Of a stretch of 64,000 nucleotides of DNA, positions 26,793 through 36,157 are shown piece by piece. The notes below the pieces were generated by a model. It did no database searches. It was not told where the DNA came from and saw only the letters and a list, made by a program, of their open reading frames with translations. The translations under genes were made by a program, and so were the position numbers. Position 1 is the stretch's first letter. Every line of letters begins with the position of its first letter. The DNA comes from Candidatus Fervidifonticultor secundus (GTDB taxonomy: Bacteria > Sysuimicrobiota > Sysuimicrobiia > Sysuimicrobiales > Humicultoraceae): positions 25,432 through 89,431 of the forward strand of contig JAVKIP010000012.1 in assembly GCA_031459385.1 (NCBI GenBank). The letters are read 5' to 3'.

Positions 26793-27974
26793 TCAGGCTG
26801 CGGCGCGCAGGGCCTGCTCGAAGTCGGCGATCAGGTCGCCGACGTCCTCGAGGCCCACCGAGACGCGGATCAGGCCGTCGCCGATCCCCGCGCGCCGACG
26901 ATCCTCGGCGGGAATGCCGGCGCTGCTCGTCGACGCGGGATGGGTCACCAGCGTCTCGGGCCCGCCCAGGCTCACCGCCAGCAGGCACGTGCGCAGCGCT
27001 TCGCAGGTGCGCACGCCGGCGTCGAATCCCCCCTGCACCTCGAACGACAGCATGCCGCCGAAGCCCCGCATCTGCCGGACGGCGACCGCGTGCTGCGGGT
27101 GCGTAGACAGCCCCGGGTAGTTGACGCGTGCCACGCGCGGGTGCCCGGCCAGGAACTCAGCCAGGCGCTGGGCGTTGGCGTTGTGGCGCTCCATGCGCAG
27201 GCCCAGCGTCTTCAGGCCGCGCAGCAACAGCCATGCCGCGAACGGGTCCAGCACCGCTCCGTACACACGCAGCAGCCGCCGGGCCCGCGCCACCAGATCG
27301 GCCCGGCCCACGACCACCCCGGCCGAGACGTCGGAGTGCCCGCCCAGGTACTTGGTGGCGCTGTGCACCACCAGGTCCACACCCAGCGCCAGCGGTGTCT
27401 GGTTGTACGGCGAGGCGAAGGTGCTGTCTGCGATGGTGACGGCACCTGCCCGTCGCGCCAGGGCCACGACGGCGGTGAGGTCGGTGACTTCCAGCAGCGG
27501 GTTGTTGGGCGTCTCGACGTAGAGCAGGCGCGTGGTCGGCCGCAGCGCTGCCGCGTACGCGGCCGGGTCGCCGGCGTCGATGAACGTGACCTCGACGCCC
27601 TGCCGGGGCAGCACGTCGCGGGCCAGTTCGAACGTTGCCTGGTAGACGGCCCGGGGCACCACGGCGTGCGTTCCCGGTGCAGCTGCGGCGAGCACCGCCA
27701 CCGTGATGGCCCCCATGCCCGAGGCGGTGGCCAGGGCGTCCTCACCGTCTTCGAGCAGCGCCATGCGCTCCTCGAACAGCCGCGTGGTCGGATTCCCCCA
27801 GCGCGTGTAGTACCACCCGGCGCCACGGTCGGCCCCCAGCGCCGCCCCCTCGGCCATCGTCTCGTACCAGAACGTCGACGTCTGGTAGATCGGCGGGCTC
27901 ACCGCCTTCAGCGGGTCGCGCAGGGTCCCGCCGTGGATCGCGCGGGTCTGGAACCCGCGGGCATCTGGCGTCAT
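26793..27974 (-). CDS. Cys/Met metabolism PLP enzyme (methionine gamma-lyase / cystathionine gamma-synthase family)
   Basis: PPIYQTSTF, YTRWGNPT, ASGMGAI, ETPNNP, HSATKYLGGHSD and IRVSVGLED motifs. Confidence 0.92.
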   Translation of the reverse strand: MTPDARGFQTRAIHGGTLRDPLKAVSPPIYQTSTFWYETMAEGAALGADRGAGWYYTRWGNPTTRLFEERMALLEDGEDALATASGMGAITVAVLAAAAPGTHAVVPRAVYQATFELARDVLPRQGVEVTFIDAGDPAAYAAALRPTTRLLYVETPNNPLLEVTDLTAVVALARRAGAVTIADSTFASPYNQTPLALGVDLVVHSATKYLGGHSDVSAGVVVGRADLVARARRLLRVYGAVLDPFAAWLLLRGLKTLGLRMERHNANAQRLAEFLAGHPRVARVNYPGLSTHPQHAVAVRQMRGFGGMLSFEVQGGFDAGVRTCEALRTCLLAVSLGGPETLVTHPASTSSAGIPAEDRRRAGIGDGLIRVSVGLEDVGDLIADFEQALRAAA

Positions 27975-27993
27975 GCTCCTCGACGCTCCTCCG

Positions 27994-28878
27994 TCATGCA
28001 TCCCGGCTCATCCCTGCAACGATGATGCCGGCCAGGATCAGTCCCGCGCCCCAGGCCTGTCGCGGGGTGAGGACCTCGCCCAGCAGGAGGGCGGCCGCGC
28101 CGGCCGCGGCCACCGGCTCGAACGCGAACATCAGCCCAACGTGGGACGGGCTGGTGAAGCGCTGTGCCCATCCCTGCACCACCAGCGCGGCCACGGTACC
28201 GGTAAGCGCCATGATCCCCACCAGCGCGTAGTCCGTGGCGCCCGCGGCCGCCAGGGCCGCCAGCGGCCGCTCGGCGACGGCCGCCACCGCCGAGAGCGCA
28301 GTGACGGGCAGCACCTGAACCGTGGCCAGCACGGGCGCGGGAGCGCCGGGCGCCAGGCGGTCGACCATCACGATCTGCACCGCAAAGCAGACGGCGCAGG
28401 CCGCCACCAGCACGTCCCCGGGGGTGGGCCCGCCCGGGGCGACCAGCGACAGCAGCGCCAACCCGACCGTCGCCGCGACGACGCCAGCCACCACGCCCGG
28501 CCGCGGACGCCGCCGCAGCCACAGTGCAGTCAGCACCGGGACCAGCGCGACCGACAGCCCCGTGATGAAGCCGGCCGTGGACGCGGTCGTCACGCGCAGC
28601 CCCACGGTCTGGAAGGCATAGCCGCCGAACAGCACGCCGCCCGCCAGCGCGCCGAGCGTCCAGATCCGCGCGCCGGCCGCGCGCAGGTGCGCGCGCTGCC
28701 AGACCAGCAGCACCGCTGCCGCCACCACGAAGCGCAGCGCCAGGTACGTGAAGGGAGGAATCGTCTCGAGCACGCGTTTGCCCAGCGGAAACGTCAGCCC
28801 CCAGGCTCCCGCCACCGCCAGCAGCGCGGCATCGGCGGCCACGGGGCGCGCGCGCCAGACAGTCACGAGTTCCGCCAT
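27994..28878 (-). CDS. DMT/EamA-family transporter
   Basis: WGLTF, LALRF, FQTVGL and FEPV motifs, about 10 TM segments; the true start may be GTG 28866. Confidence 0.9.
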   Translation of the reverse strand: MAELVTVWRARPVAADAALLAVAGAWGLTFPLGKRVLETIPPFTYLALRFVVAAAVLLVWQRAHLRAAGARIWTLGALAGGVLFGGYAFQTVGLRVTTASTAGFITGLSVALVPVLTALWLRRRPRPGVVAGVVAATVGLALLSLVAPGGPTPGDVLVAACAVCFAVQIVMVDRLAPGAPAPVLATVQVLPVTALSAVAAVAERPLAALAAAGATDYALVGIMALTGTVAALVVQGWAQRFTSPSHVGLMFAFEPVAAAGAAALLLGEVLTPRQAWGAGLILAGIIVAGMSRDA

Positions 28879-29016
28879 TTCGCGCCGCCCCGCACCGGCT
28901 CCTGTGCCACCGGCGCTGGCGCTCGTCCGACATGCCGGCCCGCGGGGGGTTGCGCAGGACACAACGGGCAGGCGCGGGCAGGCGCCATGGCGGGCTTAGC
29001 GGAAGATACCGGTCTG

Positions 29017-30810
29017 ATGAGCCAGGACGGCTGGATCGTCACGGGCATCCTGCTGGCGACGGTGGCCGCGTTCGGCTGGGGACGCGCGCGGCCGGAGGTC
29101 ATCACCCTCGCCGCGGTGGGTGCGCTGGGCCTGTCCCGGATCGCCACGCCGACCCAGGCCTTCGCGGGCTTCGGCGATCCCGCGACCGTCACCGTGGCCC
29201 TGGTCTTCGTGCTGAGCGCGGCCATGGAGCGCACCGGGCTGGCATACCGGGCGGCACGCTCGCTCGTCGGCACCGTCGGTGGAGGCGAGGGGCGGCTGCT
29301 GGCGGCGCTGATGCTGCTGGCCGGTGCGCTCACCGGCGTGATGAACAACATCGGGGCGATGGCGGTGCTGATGCCCGTGGCCGTGGCCGTCGCCCGCGAA
29401 GCACAGCTCAGCCCCGCGCGCCTGCTCATGCCGCTGGCCATCGCCATCCGTCAGGGCGGCGCGCTGACGCTGGTCGCCGGGCCGTCGAACCTGGTGGTCA
29501 GCGGGCTGCTGGCCGCCGCGGGCTTCGGAGCCCTCCGCTTCTTCTCGTACCTGCCGGTCGGGCTCGCGCTGCTGGCGGTCACCGTCGCCTTCATGCTGAC
29601 CGCCGGCCGGCGCCTCCTCCCGGTGCGGCCCGCTCCCCCACACACAGGGCGCCTGCGCCGCCGTGACCTGCCAAAGGAGTACCGGCTGGCCGAGCGCCTG
29701 TTCCGGCTGCGCGTGGACGAGGACTCACCGCTGGCGTCGCGCACCCTGGCGCAGACCGCCCTGGGCCACGCGTTCCGCCTGCACGTGCTGGCGATCCAGC
29801 GCGGACGCCGACGCATCGTGGCGCCGCTCCCGACAGAGCAGGTGCTGCCTGGCGACGTGCTCGTGGTCCAGGGGCGCCCCGAGGACCTCGAGCGCCTGCA
29901 GCACCTGGGTCCCATCGAGGTCGTCACGCGGGAGGTCGACCGCTCCGAGCCGTTGGAGACCGAGGCGATCGGCCTGGTCGAGGTGGTCCTGGCACCGCGA
30001 TCCGAGCTGGCCGGGAAGACGCTGCGCGATCTCGAGTTCCGACAGCGCTACGGCCTCAACGTCGTGGCCATCTGGCGCGAGGGCCGTCCCTATCGCACCG
30101 GGCTGGGCGAGCAGGCGCTGCGCTACGGCGACGCCCTGCTGGTCCAGGGGCCGCGCGACCGGCTGCGGGCGCTGCGCGCCGACCCCAGCTTCGTCGTGCT
30201 GGAGGAGCCGGAAGCCCCGCGCACGGCCCGGGTGGGGGTCGCGGCCGGGGCCGTGCTGGTGCTGATCGTGCTGGCCAGCACGGGGGCGGTGCCGGTGGCG
30301 CTGGCCGCGCTGCTGGCCGCGGGCGTCGCCGTCACCGGCGGGGCCGTCACCGTGGAAGAAGCTATCGGCGCCGTGGACTGGCGCACGGTGATCGTCATCG
30401 GGGGGCTGCTGCCCCTGGGCGCCGCGCTCAACGCCACCGGCGCGGCGGCCGCCATCGCGCGCGCGGGCCTGGCGATCGCGGGCTCGTCGCCGCTGTCGGC
30501 GCTGGTGGCCAGCTTCACGGCAGCGATGGTCATCGGCCACGTCGTGCCGAGCATCCCCACGACGATCCTGCTGGCGCCGATCGCGCTGGACCTGGCGCAG
30601 GCCCTGGGCGCTAACCCGGTCCCATTCATGATCGTGATCTCGTGCGCCAGCAGCACGACGCTGCTGACGCCGATCAGCCATCCGGTGAGCCTGATGATCA
30701 TGGGGCCCGGGGACTACCGGTTCGGCGACTACGTCAGAGTGGGCGCGCCGCTGGCCGTGCTGCTCAGCGTCACGCTGGTAGCGGTGGCGGTGCTGGTCTG
30801 GGGGCTCTGA
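29017..30810 (+). CDS. SLC13/CitMHS-like permease with two TrkA-C (RCK_C) domains
   Basis: MNNIGAMAVLMP, two central RCK_C repeats (VLAIQRG, VVAIWRE) and TPISHPVSLMIMGPGDYRFGDY. Confidence 0.88.
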   Translation: MSQDGWIVTGILLATVAAFGWGRARPEVITLAAVGALGLSRIATPTQAFAGFGDPATVTVALVFVLSAAMERTGLAYRAARSLVGTVGGGEGRLLAALMLLAGALTGVMNNIGAMAVLMPVAVAVAREAQLSPARLLMPLAIAIRQGGALTLVAGPSNLVVSGLLAAAGFGALRFFSYLPVGLALLAVTVAFMLTAGRRLLPVRPAPPHTGRLRRRDLPKEYRLAERLFRLRVDEDSPLASRTLAQTALGHAFRLHVLAIQRGRRRIVAPLPTEQVLPGDVLVVQGRPEDLERLQHLGPIEVVTREVDRSEPLETEAIGLVEVVLAPRSELAGKTLRDLEFRQRYGLNVVAIWREGRPYRTGLGEQALRYGDALLVQGPRDRLRALRADPSFVVLEEPEAPRTARVGVAAGAVLVLIVLASTGAVPVALAALLAAGVAVTGGAVTVEEAIGAVDWRTVIVIGGLLPLGAALNATGAAAAIARAGLAIAGSSPLSALVASFTAAMVIGHVVPSIPTTILLAPIALDLAQALGANPVPFMIVISCASSTTLLTPISHPVSLMIMGPGDYRFGDYVRVGAPLAVLLSVTLVAVAVLVWGL

Positions 30811-30887
30811 GGGCGTCCTGTGATGCCGCGGGCCCCGTGCGCCGGACGAGTGCAGGGGCGTACCGGACGCCCACAGAAGAGCACCGC

Positions 30888-31778
30888 GTGCGCATCGGCG
30901 CGCACGTCTCCATCAGCGGCCAGATCGACCGGGCGATCGACCGCGCCGTCGCCCTGGGCTGCGAGTGCCTGCAGATCTTCTGGGGCTCGCCTCGCCAGTG
31001 GCGCCCTGTCGCCTATCCCGATGAGGCCCTGGACCGCTTCGTGGCGCGCCGCCGCCTGGCGCGGATCGACCCGCTGGTGATCCACGCCGCCTACCTGGTC
31101 AACCCGGCGGCCGCCGACCGGGAGCTGCGGGAGCGTTCCATCGCCTCGCTGCTGGCCAGCGCGCGGGGCGCCGAGCGGCTCGACGGTCTCGGCGTCGTGA
31201 CGCACCTCGGCAGCCGCGCGGGCGGGCGCCGCGGTCCGGCCCTGCGCCGGGTGGCCGGGGTCGTGCGCGAGATCCTGGACGCCACGTCGCGGGCGCAGGT
31301 GCTGCTGGAGAACAGCGCAGGCGGCGGCGGGCACCTGGGCGCGTCGCTCGACGACCTGGCCGCGGTCCTCGACCTGCTCGCCGGAGACCCGCGGGTGGGG
31401 ATCTGCCTGGACACCGCGCACCTGTTCGCTGCCGGGTGGGATCTGCGCACGGCCGCGAGCATCGACGCCGTGATCGCGGCCTGCGAGCGCGCGTTCGGCT
31501 GGGCCCGCGTGCGGCTGGTCCACCTGAACGACTCGAAGGCGCCGCTGGGCTCGCGCCTCGACCGGCACGAGAACATCGGCGAGGGAGCCATCGGCATCGA
31601 GGGGTTTCGCGCGCTGCTGCGCCATCCCCGCACGCGGCACCTGGCCGGCGTTATCGAGACGCCCGGCTTCGACCGCACCGGTCCCGACCGGCGCAACCTC
31701 CAGCGTCTGAAGCGCCTGCGTACACCGGGCCGCCACCGGGCGCGACCTGCGGGCACGCGGGCCGGAGGGGCCGCGTGA
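30888..31778 (+). CDS. nfo: Endonuclease IV
   Basis: IGAHVSI, HAAYLVN, LLENSAG, CLDTAHLFAAG, HLNDSK, DRHENIGEG and IETP motifs. Confidence 0.93.
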   Translation: MRIGAHVSISGQIDRAIDRAVALGCECLQIFWGSPRQWRPVAYPDEALDRFVARRRLARIDPLVIHAAYLVNPAAADRELRERSIASLLASARGAERLDGLGVVTHLGSRAGGRRGPALRRVAGVVREILDATSRAQVLLENSAGGGGHLGASLDDLAAVLDLLAGDPRVGICLDTAHLFAAGWDLRTAASIDAVIAACERAFGWARVRLVHLNDSKAPLGSRLDRHENIGEGAIGIEGFRALLRHPRTRHLAGVIETPGFDRTGPDRRNLQRLKRLRTPGRHRARPAGTRAGGAA

Positions 31779-32665
31779 CTCCGGATCGCTACGTGGACGT
31801 GCGGGGTGTGCCGCTGCGCTACCGCCAGCAGGGCGGCGGCCCGCCTGTCCTGCTGCTGCACGGCGTGGGTGCGTCGCTGGAGTTCTGGGACTGGACCACC
31901 CCGGCGCTGCAGGACGCCTTCACCACGCTGGCCGTGGACCTGCCCGGGTTCGGCCGCTCCGCCTTCACCCCGGAGGTCCTCTCCCCGGAGGGTTTCGTCC
32001 GTATCGTGTGGGGGTTCCTCGACGCGGTCGGGGTCGGACGCGCGGCGCTGGTGGGCTCGTCGCTCGGCGGCGCCATCGCGGTCCTGGCCGCCGGCAGCGC
32101 GCCCGAGCGGGTCTGGGCGTTGGCGCTGGCCGCACCGGGGGGCTTCGGTCGTGAGGTGGGACTGTGGCTGCGGCTGGCCACGGTGCCCGGCCTTGGGGAA
32201 GTGCTGGTGGCGCTGGCGCGGCGCGCGCCGCAGGTGGCGCTCCGCCACACCTTCGCCGACCCGCGCCGCATCCCGGCCGCGCTGCTGGCGAGCATGCGGT
32301 GGCACGCGACGCGCCCCGAGCCAGGCCGCGCGTATCTCCAGATCGTGCGCCACGTGCTCGGGCTGCGGGGCGTACGCCCCGCAATGGTGGCCGTGGTGCG
32401 CGCTGCGGCCACCCGCGTGGATGCACCCACCCTGGTGGTTTGGGGCGCGCGCGACCGGGTCGTCCCACCCGCGCACGCGGATGCGGTGGCCGCGAGCATC
32501 CCGCAGGCGCAGGTCAGGCTGCTGGAGGACTGCGGGCACCTGCCGCTGGTCGAGGCTGCGGACGCCTTCACTGGCCTGCTGGTGGCGTTCCTCCGCGATG
32601 CGGCCGCCGGCCGTGCCACCGCCCATGCCGGCGTAGACCCCGCACGCAGGGCTCAGGCCCGATGA
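31775..32665 (+). CDS. Alpha/beta-fold hydrolase
   Basis: LLHG, DLPGFGRS, nucleophile GSSLGG, WGARD and GHLP motifs. Confidence 0.9.
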   Translation: MTPDRYVDVRGVPLRYRQQGGGPPVLLLHGVGASLEFWDWTTPALQDAFTTLAVDLPGFGRSAFTPEVLSPEGFVRIVWGFLDAVGVGRAALVGSSLGGAIAVLAAGSAPERVWALALAAPGGFGREVGLWLRLATVPGLGEVLVALARRAPQVALRHTFADPRRIPAALLASMRWHATRPEPGRAYLQIVRHVLGLRGVRPAMVAVVRAAATRVDAPTLVVWGARDRVVPPAHADAVAASIPQAQVRLLEDCGHLPLVEAADAFTGLLVAFLRDAAAGRATAHAGVDPARRAQAR

Positions 32666-32901
32666 CCGGCATCGCCTGCGCCCACCACCCCGACCGCGCG
32701 GCCCTGGGATACTGCGCCGGTTGCGGCAAACCCCTGTGCAGCCAGTGCGTGGTTCGCCTGCCTGAAGGGAACTACTGCAGCGTCTGCGCCAGTGCGCCCG
32801 ACCACCGCCCGCGGGCGCCCGTGCGCGGCAGCCGCCTCTGGGTATGGGCCGGCGTCGTCGCGCTGGCGGTGGCGCTGTACGTGCTGTCACGCCTGCTGTG
32901 A
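32662..32901 (+). CDS. Small B-box-type zinc-finger protein with C-terminal TM helix
   Basis: CAHHPDRAALGYCAGCGKPLCSQC...YCSVC followed by a hydrophobic tail; ATGA overlap with the upstream gene. Confidence 0.8.
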   Translation: MTGIACAHHPDRAALGYCAGCGKPLCSQCVVRLPEGNYCSVCASAPDHRPRAPVRGSRLWVWAGVVALAVALYVLSRLL

Positions 32902-32946
32902 CCGCGCGCCTGACCGCTGCGCCCGGCACCGCCCGCGGGTGCCCGG

Positions 32947-33288
32947 TCAGGGGCGCGCGGGCAGGCGCACCCAGCGGTCAGCCCACCGCTGCACCTCCGC
33001 CACCACCCGCTCGAGGTCGCGCCCCTTGCCGGTGAGCTCGTACTCGATGCGCACGGGCGTCTGGGGCTGGACGCGCCGGCGGACGATCCCCTCCGCCTCC
33101 AGCTCTTTGAGCCGCTGGGAGAGCAGCCGGTCGTGCAGCCCCGGGACGGCCTCGAGGAGCTCCGAGAAGCGCAGCGGCCGGCGCATGAGGGCGTCGATGA
33201 TGGCGCCGGTCCACTTCTTCCCCACTAGCTCGATGGCGCGGTGGAACCTGGGACAGACCTGCGCGACGGCGTCACGGCCCGCAGTCAC
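32947..33288 (-). CDS. HxlR-family winged-helix regulator
   Basis: CPRFHRAIELVGKKW, RFSEL, LSQRLKELE and EYELTGKG motifs; divergent from the catE-like gene. Confidence 0.9.
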   Translation of the reverse strand: MTAGRDAVAQVCPRFHRAIELVGKKWTGAIIDALMRRPLRFSELLEAVPGLHDRLLSQRLKELEAEGIVRRRVQPQTPVRIEYELTGKGRDLERVVAEVQRWADRWVRLPARP

Positions 33289-33376
33289 TGGCGTTCACCA
33301 TTGCCATACTAACCGAAGAGAAGGCTCTTGACAATGATAAGCCGTCCTGCCAGGATCACACCAGCGTGCGGAACCA

Positions 33377-33469
33377 GTGCTGGCGCTCGGCGCGCTGCTC
33401 GTCGGCGCGCAGGTGCGTGCCGTCACCGGCGCGACAGCCGGCGCGCCGGCTGCGTCCCGAGCGGCCTGA
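33377..33469 (+). pseudogene. Possible remnant of a membrane-protein gene
   Basis: 30-codon hydrophobic frame VLALGALLVGAQVRAV...* with coding-like codon use, lying between the promoter region and the catE-like gene. Confidence 0.3.
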
Positions 33470-33493
33470 GTGCTGATGCGCGAGGAGAACGGG

Positions 33494-34393
33494 ATGCCCG
33501 CGATTCACCCAGCGACCCGGCTCGGCCCGGTTCTGCTGGCGGCGGCCGATCTGGAGCGCTCGCTGGCGTTCTACGGCGAGGTGCTCGGCCTCCAGGTACG
33601 CGACCGCCGGGATGACCTCGCGGTCCTGACCGCCGATGGGGCCGCACCCCTGGTGGTACTCGTGGCGCTGCCGGGTGCGCGGCCCCAGCCGCGCCGCACC
33701 ACGGGCCTGTATCACTTCGCGATCCTCCTCCCCACCCGCCGCGAGCTGGCCCGGGCGCTGGCGCGGCTCGTCCAGGCGCGCTACCCGCTGCACGGCGCCT
33801 CGGATCACCTGGTCAGCGAGGCGCTCTACCTCGCCGACCCCGACGGGCACGGCATCGAGCTCTACGCCGACCGGCCGCGCCAGCAGTGGCCCACCACCGC
33901 CCGGGGCGTGGCCATGGCCACCGCGCCGCTCGACCTGGACAGCCTGCTAGCCGACCTCGACGCCCCGGCCGCTGCTGCCGCGGGCAGCCTGCCGCCGCAG
34001 ACGCGCATCGGACACGTGCACCTGCGCGTGGCCGACCTGGGCGAAGCCGAGGCGTTCTACCACGGCCGGCTGGGCTTCGACGTGACGCAGCGCGACTACC
34101 CTGGGGCGCTGTTCCTGGCGGCCGGCGGCTATCACCACCACATCGGCGTGAACATCTGGGGCAGCCAGGGCGCTCCACCGCCCCCGCGCGACGCGCTCGG
34201 CCTGCGCGCCTTCACCATCGTGCTGCCAGACGCCGCAGCGCTCGCCGCGGTCCTCCGGCGCCTCGACCCACCCCCGCAGGAGGGGCCGGCCGGCTGGTTC
34301 GTGCGCGACCCGTTCGGGATCGGCATCCTCGTGACCCACGAGGGCGCCACTGTCCGCACGGACGACCTGCGCACCGTCGCCACATCGCCCTAG
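33494..34393 (+). CDS. VOC-family protein, catechol 2,3-dioxygenase CatE-like
   Basis: GLYHFAILLP, ASDHLVSEALYLADPDGHGIELYAD, IGHVHL and GGYHHHIGVNIW motifs. Confidence 0.88.
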   Translation: MPAIHPATRLGPVLLAAADLERSLAFYGEVLGLQVRDRRDDLAVLTADGAAPLVVLVALPGARPQPRRTTGLYHFAILLPTRRELARALARLVQARYPLHGASDHLVSEALYLADPDGHGIELYADRPRQQWPTTARGVAMATAPLDLDSLLADLDAPAAAAAGSLPPQTRIGHVHLRVADLGEAEAFYHGRLGFDVTQRDYPGALFLAAGGYHHHIGVNIWGSQGAPPPPRDALGLRAFTIVLPDAAALAAVLRRLDPPPQEGPAGWFVRDPFGIGILVTHEGATVRTDDLRTVATSP

Positions 34394-34405
34394 CGTTCCG
34401 CCGCG

Positions 34406-35596
34406 ATGGCTGCGGAACGCGTCGCCGGCCGGATCCGTCTGACCCCGGCCGGCGAGCGGCGGCTGGCCGCCGGGCACCTGTGGGTCTTCGACGGCGAGGT
34501 TGCCGGCCTCGACGGCCGACCCGCTGCGGGCGACGTGGTCGACGTCGCCTCCAGGCAGGGTCGCTTCCTGGGGCGCGGCGACTACAACCCGCACTCGCGG
34601 ATCCGGGTGCGTCTGCTCACGCGCCGCGACGAGGCGATCGACGACGGCCTGCTCGCGCGGCGCCTGCGCGCGGCGGCGGCGCTGCGCGCCCGCGTGGTCA
34701 GCGCGACGACCGCCTACCGCCTGGTGTTCGGCGAAGGCGACCTGCTGCCCGGCCTGGTGGTGGACCGCTACGGCGACGTGCTGGTCGTGCAGACGCTGAC
34801 CGCCGGCATGGAGCGCCGCCGCTCCGACCTGGCCAGCCTGCTGCAGACGCTCACCGGCGCCCGGGCCGTCTACCTGCGCAACGACGCCCGGGTGCGCGCG
34901 CTGGAAGGCCTGCCGCTCTACCAGCAATTCGCCATCGGGGAGGCGCCCATACGCGTCGAGGTCGCCGAGGGCCCGGCCCGGTTCACGGTGGACATCGCCC
35001 GCGGACAGAAGACCGGGTGGTTCTGCGATCAGCGGGAGAACCGCCTGGCCGTGGCGCCGCTGGCGCGCGGGGCGCGGGTGCTCGACGCGTTCTGCTATAC
35101 GGGGGCGTTCGGCGTGCAGGCGGCGCTGGCCGGCGCCGAGACGGTGCTGGGCGTGGACGCCTCGGCGGACGCGGTGGCCCTGGCCCAGGACCACGCGGCG
35201 CACAACGGCGTCGCCGCGCGCTGCACCTGGCGCACGGGTGACGCCTTCGACGTCATGCGGCAGCTGCGGCGGACGGGTACGCGGTTCGACCTGGTGATCC
35301 TCGACCCCCCGGCGTTCGCGCGCACACGGGACGCGGTACCCAAAGCGCTGGCCGGCTATAAGGAGGTCAACCTGAGCGCGCTGCGCCTGCTGCGCGGCGA
35401 GGGATTCCTGGTGAGCTGCTCGTGCTCGTGGCACGTGGACGAGCAGATGCTCTGGGAGGCGATCTGCGACGCCGCGCGCGACGCCCGCCGCGAGCTGCGC
35501 CTGGTCGAGGTCCGCTCGCAGGCCCGCGACCATCCCATGCTGGCGGCGATGCCGGAGACGCGCTACCTGAAGTGCTTCGTGGTGCAGGCGCTGTGA
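34406..35596 (+). CDS. rlmI: Class I SAM-dependent rRNA methyltransferase, RlmI (m5C1962) family
   Basis: PUA-like N-terminus (GHLWVF), EGDLLPGLVVDRY, GQKTGWFCDQRENR, ILDPPAF, SCS and PETRYLK motifs. Confidence 0.85.
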   Translation: MAAERVAGRIRLTPAGERRLAAGHLWVFDGEVAGLDGRPAAGDVVDVASRQGRFLGRGDYNPHSRIRVRLLTRRDEAIDDGLLARRLRAAAALRARVVSATTAYRLVFGEGDLLPGLVVDRYGDVLVVQTLTAGMERRRSDLASLLQTLTGARAVYLRNDARVRALEGLPLYQQFAIGEAPIRVEVAEGPARFTVDIARGQKTGWFCDQRENRLAVAPLARGARVLDAFCYTGAFGVQAALAGAETVLGVDASADAVALAQDHAAHNGVAARCTWRTGDAFDVMRQLRRTGTRFDLVILDPPAFARTRDAVPKALAGYKEVNLSALRLLRGEGFLVSCSCSWHVDEQMLWEAICDAARDARRELRLVEVRSQARDHPMLAAMPETRYLKCFVVQAL

Positions 35597-35725
35597 GGGA
35601 TGCGGCGCGCCGGGCCAGGAGTGGGCGTCGGCGCCGCGAACTAGAGTTCCCGGCTGGGGCCCGGACGCCGGAGATCGTCGGGACGTCGGTGCCCGAGCGC
35701 AATCTCACCTCGAGGAGGCGAGCAG

Positions 35726-36016
35726 ATGGCGAAGGCAATGACCAAGACGCAGATCGCGGCGCACCTGGCCAACAAGTGCGGCCTCACCAAGAAGACCGCC
35801 GGCCAGTTCCTGGAAGAGCTGGCCAAGCTGGCGTACAAGGAGGCCAAGAACTCGTTCACGCTCCCTGGCCTGGGCAAGCTCGTGCTCGTGAACCGCAAGG
35901 CCCGCATGGGACGGAACCCGCGGACGGGGGAGCCCATCAAGATCCCCGCGCGCCGCGTGCTGCGGTTCCGCGTGGCGAAGGCCGCCAAGGACGCGATCCT
36001 TGGGGGCAGGAAGTAA
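35726..36016 (+). CDS. hup: HU-family DNA-binding protein
   Basis: RKARMGRNPRTGEPIKIPA arm motif; GGAGG RBS. Confidence 0.93.
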   Translation: MAKAMTKTQIAAHLANKCGLTKKTAGQFLEELAKLAYKEAKNSFTLPGLGKLVLVNRKARMGRNPRTGEPIKIPARRVLRFRVAKAAKDAILGGRK

Positions 36017-36058
36017 GCGAGGCACCGCGCCGGCCCAGGCGCTGCCACCGGACGCAGA

Positions 36059-36090
36059 CAGGGCCGGCGCCGCGGGCGGCGCCGGCCCTG
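36059..36090. terminator. Strong hairpin between convergent hup and holB
   Basis: Perfect 14-bp stem CAGGGCCGGCGCCG-cggg-CGGCGCCGGCCCTG; no U-tract. Confidence 0.5.
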
Positions 36091-36157
36091 CGGCCAGCAC
36101 CGGGCCCGTGCGCAGCACCGGCACGCAGTCCGCGCCGGCACCGCCGACGGCGCTGCG

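Noticed and set aside
35637..35650. CGAAC-TAGA-GTTCC upstream of hup resembles a Gram-positive LexA (SOS) box
   Set aside because: Single instance; its GAAC is equally explained as the -10 of the recurring AGGA-N17-GAAC promoter motif, and I saw no such box before nfo, endoQ or mfd.
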